A stretch of 64,000 bases of DNA from a virus (Duplodnaviria > Caudoviricetes): positions 288,001 through 352,000 of the IMG/VR virus record IMGVR_UViG_3300021255_002539. One strand, 5' to 3'. Shown here piece after piece: positions 61,452-64,000 of this stretch (the stretch's first letter is position 1; every line of letters starts with the position of its first letter). The notes beneath the pieces were generated by a model. It did no database searches. It was not told the DNA's origin and was given only the letters and a program-made list of their open reading frames with translations. The position numbers were made by a program, and so were the translations under genes.

Positions 61452-61587
61452 GTTCAATACCCTTTTATTGGATGTGGTCAGAGGTTGGTTGGAGAACGGT
61501 CAATTCCAATCGACCTCGTTTGTTTTCATCTATAATTATACAGTTTTTTTGTAAATATACAATGTACCAAACAAAGGTGATTAAACT

Positions 61588-62325
61588 ATGAACAAGAAAC
61601 TTAGAGTAAAGCATCTCATAACAGAATCCGATATACATGATTATGACTTGGTGAAGGAATCCACAAAGGATGGTTCCACTATATTGAAGTTGGCTGGTCC
61701 ATTCGCGGTATGCGAGACCTTGAACAACAACAACCGTATGTATCACTTGGAGGAGATGGTTGAGGAATGCAAGAAGTTCCAGGAGGTAATAGACAACCAC
61801 CGCGCACTTGCTGAACTTGAGCATCCAGACGACATCAACATCAATCCAGACAGAGTTTGCGCCAGAATCACGAAGTTCTATCAGGATCCCCATGACGAAA
61901 AGACCTTCTTGGGCGAGGCTATCATAATGGGTGGTGATCCTGCACACGGCATTCCTGGAACGCCTTGTGGTCAAATCGTCTCGTCGCTGCTCCAGTATGG
62001 AACCAGGATGGGATTCTCCACCCGTGGTCTTGGAAATCCAGAGGAGGACATGGATGGCAACACATATGTTGGCGATTTCCAGCTGATCACGGCGGACCTC
62101 GTCTGCGACCCGTCAATTGGCAGATTCTGCGACGCCAAGTAGGAATCGAAGGCTGTTCATGGCATTCTGGAGTCGGTTGAATATCTAGTGGACTCCAATA
62201 GGCTGGTAGTTGAATCCAGGGTTGTTGACCAACTCAAGAAGGACTTGAAGGTTCTGCCAAACGATTCTGCCGAGAGGTACATGAAGATGAAGGGCGCAGT
62301 AGACAGGTTCTTGCGTGGGATTTAA
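61588..62325 (+). CDS. Prohead core protease (gp21-like), 245 aa (TAG read-through, 1 TAG)
   Basis: N.N.R.Y, ELEHP, TP.G, G.S.RG.G, D.V.DPS; read-through restores the conserved V.GILES.E C-terminal motif; GTAAATA at 61551-61557. Confidence 0.92.
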
Positions 62326-62362
62326 TGCTGCATAGATGACAAGCAAACGAGGTAAAAGCGAC

Positions 62363-62962
62363 ATGATTACGATTCACAAATTGGTGGCGAACAGCATAAC
62401 GATAACTACTGGACCAATTGTAAAGGCTGAGACGCACATCAAGTTCGTCGATGGAACAGAAGACAACTACTTGATAGAAGGAGCTATGGACTGCCAAGCA
62501 TTGATTGACGCAGGATTGATGCCACCTGGAAGTGGAATAGAAGAGCCACCATCTTGGATAACATATCCAGCTGAAGTCGAAATTGGAAGCGCGGTGACGA
62601 GCATTGGGGATAATGCGTTCTGGGAGTGCAGAAGTCTTACGAGTGTGACGATACCAGACAGCGTGACGAGCGTTGGGAAGTTTGCGTTCTTGAGCTGTAG
62701 CGGGCTGACGAGTGTGACGATCCCCGACGGTGTTACGAGCATTGGATCTTCTGCTTTTCAAGGTTGCAGCGGTCTTACGAGCGTGACGATTCCTGATTCG
62801 GTGACGAATATCGGGGATAATGCGTTTGACGGCAACATGAGGTTGATGAGCGCGACCTTCTCTGGAAAGACCAAGGCAACTGTCCGAACCATGGCACACT
62901 ACTATTGGGGGTTTCCTCCCGGCTGCACTATCCATTGCACAGATGATGATATTACAGTGTAA
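62363..62962 (+). CDS. BspA-type (LRR_5) leucine-rich-repeat protein
   Basis: Repeats VTSIG..AF..C..LTSVTIPD. Confidence 0.9.
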   Translation: MITIHKLVANSITITTGPIVKAETHIKFVDGTEDNYLIEGAMDCQALIDAGLMPPGSGIEEPPSWITYPAEVEIGSAVTSIGDNAFWECRSLTSVTIPDSVTSVGKFAFLSCSGLTSVTIPDGVTSIGSSAFQGCSGLTSVTIPDSVTNIGDNAFDGNMRLMSATFSGKTKATVRTMAHYYWGFPPGCTIHCTDDDITV

Positions 62963-62995
62963 TATGAGCATTACAATGTAATGAGAACATCACAT

Positions 62996-63031
62996 AGAAA
63001 GAGACCACCATCAACTTGGTGGTCTCTTTCT
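62996..63031. terminator. Bidirectional terminator
   Basis: Perfect 15-bp stem AGAAAGAGACCACCA/TGGTGGTCTCTTTCT. Confidence 0.85.
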
Positions 63032-63148
63032 TCATTTAATCATCGTGACGATGACAACGCCAATGAAAACCAACCAAGCAATCAATGTTCCCCAAATGAT
63101 TGTGGCGAACACCAATGCGAGAAAGACATTCTTCAATCGGTCAATCAT
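63032..63148 (-). CDS. 38-aa membrane peptide (not in the ORF track)
   Basis: MIDRLKNVFLALVFATIIWGTLIAWLVFIGVVIVTMIK; ATGA overlap with the upstream gene. Confidence 0.55.
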   Translation of the reverse strand: MIDRLKNVFLALVFATIIWGTLIAWLVFIGVVIVTMIK

Positions 63149-64000
63149 AATGTAATCAAGTCCTTGTTCTTGAGATACGGAGTTGGATCAAGCAGCCTCT
63201 TGTCCCTATCACCCTCAAGTTTCCAACCATCAAGGTGACAAGTCTCTGTGCGCAGTTCAAGGTGGAGCATCGCAACCGAGTGGTTCCTGATGTCGGGTCG
63301 ATACTTCTCTGGCCTGAGGACGGGTGTGACACGTCCTACAATAGTAACTCCCCTAATCACGCCTTCCCCAACCTTAATGGTTGGCTTCTTAAGCTCGCCA
63401 TATGTGACCACGCCGGATTTGCCTTCGACCTTTACGCACCAAGTTGGGTTCCACCATGGGCAATCAGCCTTCTGGCCAGTGAACTCGTATACTGCCGTGA
63501 CAATTCCATCTTCAACAGCATATACAGGGGCATCTGCATGGGTGTAGATGTCCACTCCCTCGTGGATGTCGAACTTGCGTATTGCGCCAAATGCACCTGG
63601 CTCGTAGAACCTCGGAATGTAGTCCCTGAACTTCTCCCTGCACTTTCCACGGACGAACTCGTTGCTGTTTGCGTCATACACGAATTTGCCGAACATGCCC
63701 TTGTCGTTCTCGGATTGTCCATTGTATACGGGCTTTCCAAGCAAGTCCTCCTGCTTGATGGGTTGATACCAGACATGTCCCTCAACGATGTTCTTGATTG
63801 TGGTGATGTCAGCGAGACCACCGATTCCAATTCCACCACATGCCAGGTTCTTGACAGTAGGCTCTATGAACCTGACGAAATCGAGTGAGTCGAGATATGT
63901 CCTGTTCTTCTGGTAAATCGGCCCTTGGTACATCATCGAGTTCATCGCCTCGCAAATGTAGAGCTTCTTTCCACAACCCATCCATGCAGCAAGGATACTG
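63145..64000 (-). CDS. CoaC-like (HFCD) flavoprotein fused to an M23 peptidase (partial, starts beyond the right edge)
   Basis: AW..K.LYICEAMNSMM, P..K.LACG..G.G.LA; then HEGVD, PVYAV.DG.V, HLE. Confidence 0.75.
   Translation of the reverse strand, partial: SILAAWMGCGKKLYICEAMNSMMYQGPIYQKNRTYLDSLDFVRFIEPTVKNLACGGIGIGGLADITTIKNIVEGHVWYQPIKQEDLLGKPVYNGQSENDKGMFGKFVYDANSNEFVRGKCREKFRDYIPRFYEPGAFGAIRKFDIHEGVDIYTHADAPVYAVEDGIVTAVYEFTGQKADCPWWNPTWCVKVEGKSGVVTYGELKKPTIKVGEGVIRGVTIVGRVTPVLRPEKYRPDIRNHSVAMLHLELRTETCHLDGWKLEGDRDKRLLDPTPYLKNKDLITL

Noticed and set aside
52830-62830. LRR nucleotide repeats as CRISPR or DGR elements
   Set aside because: They encode ordinary 23-24-aa LRR units

Overview
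This is a 64-kb fragment of a large T4-like myophage (Caudoviricetes). There is no cellular rRNA, CRISPR array or integrase in the window. Replication genes: gp41-like helicase, gp44 clamp loader, probable gp45 clamp, and type II topoisomerase gp39/60 plus gp52. Morphogenesis genes: gp21 prohead protease, gp15-like and gp3/gp19-like tail proteins, and baseplate/fibre-like proteins. Also present are a sigma70-family factor, guaC, three N4/N6 DNA methyltransferases, three Mom/DruA-like GNAT proteins and many accessory genes. Main result: the phage reads TAG as a sense codon, probably Gln (code 15). At least 11 late/structural genes are split by about 34 in-frame TAGs in the supplied code-11 track and rejoin cleanly when TAG is read through. 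All of them lie behind a GTAAATA motif, whereas genes behind sigma70-type promoters have no internal TAG. The phage encodes its own CUA-anticodon tRNA (9902-9980, minus strand) with a non-canonical D/T-loop elbow, next to Pth2-like and GatB/YqeY genes. Other notable signals: a complete -1 frameshift cassette joining an ABC ATPase to a GNAT domain, a 13-member paralog family (11 in one tandem array), a CoaC-like flavoprotein/M23 peptidase fusion, and a possible antisense RNA over a nuclease gene. All translations, counts and motif calls were made by eye; no searches were run.
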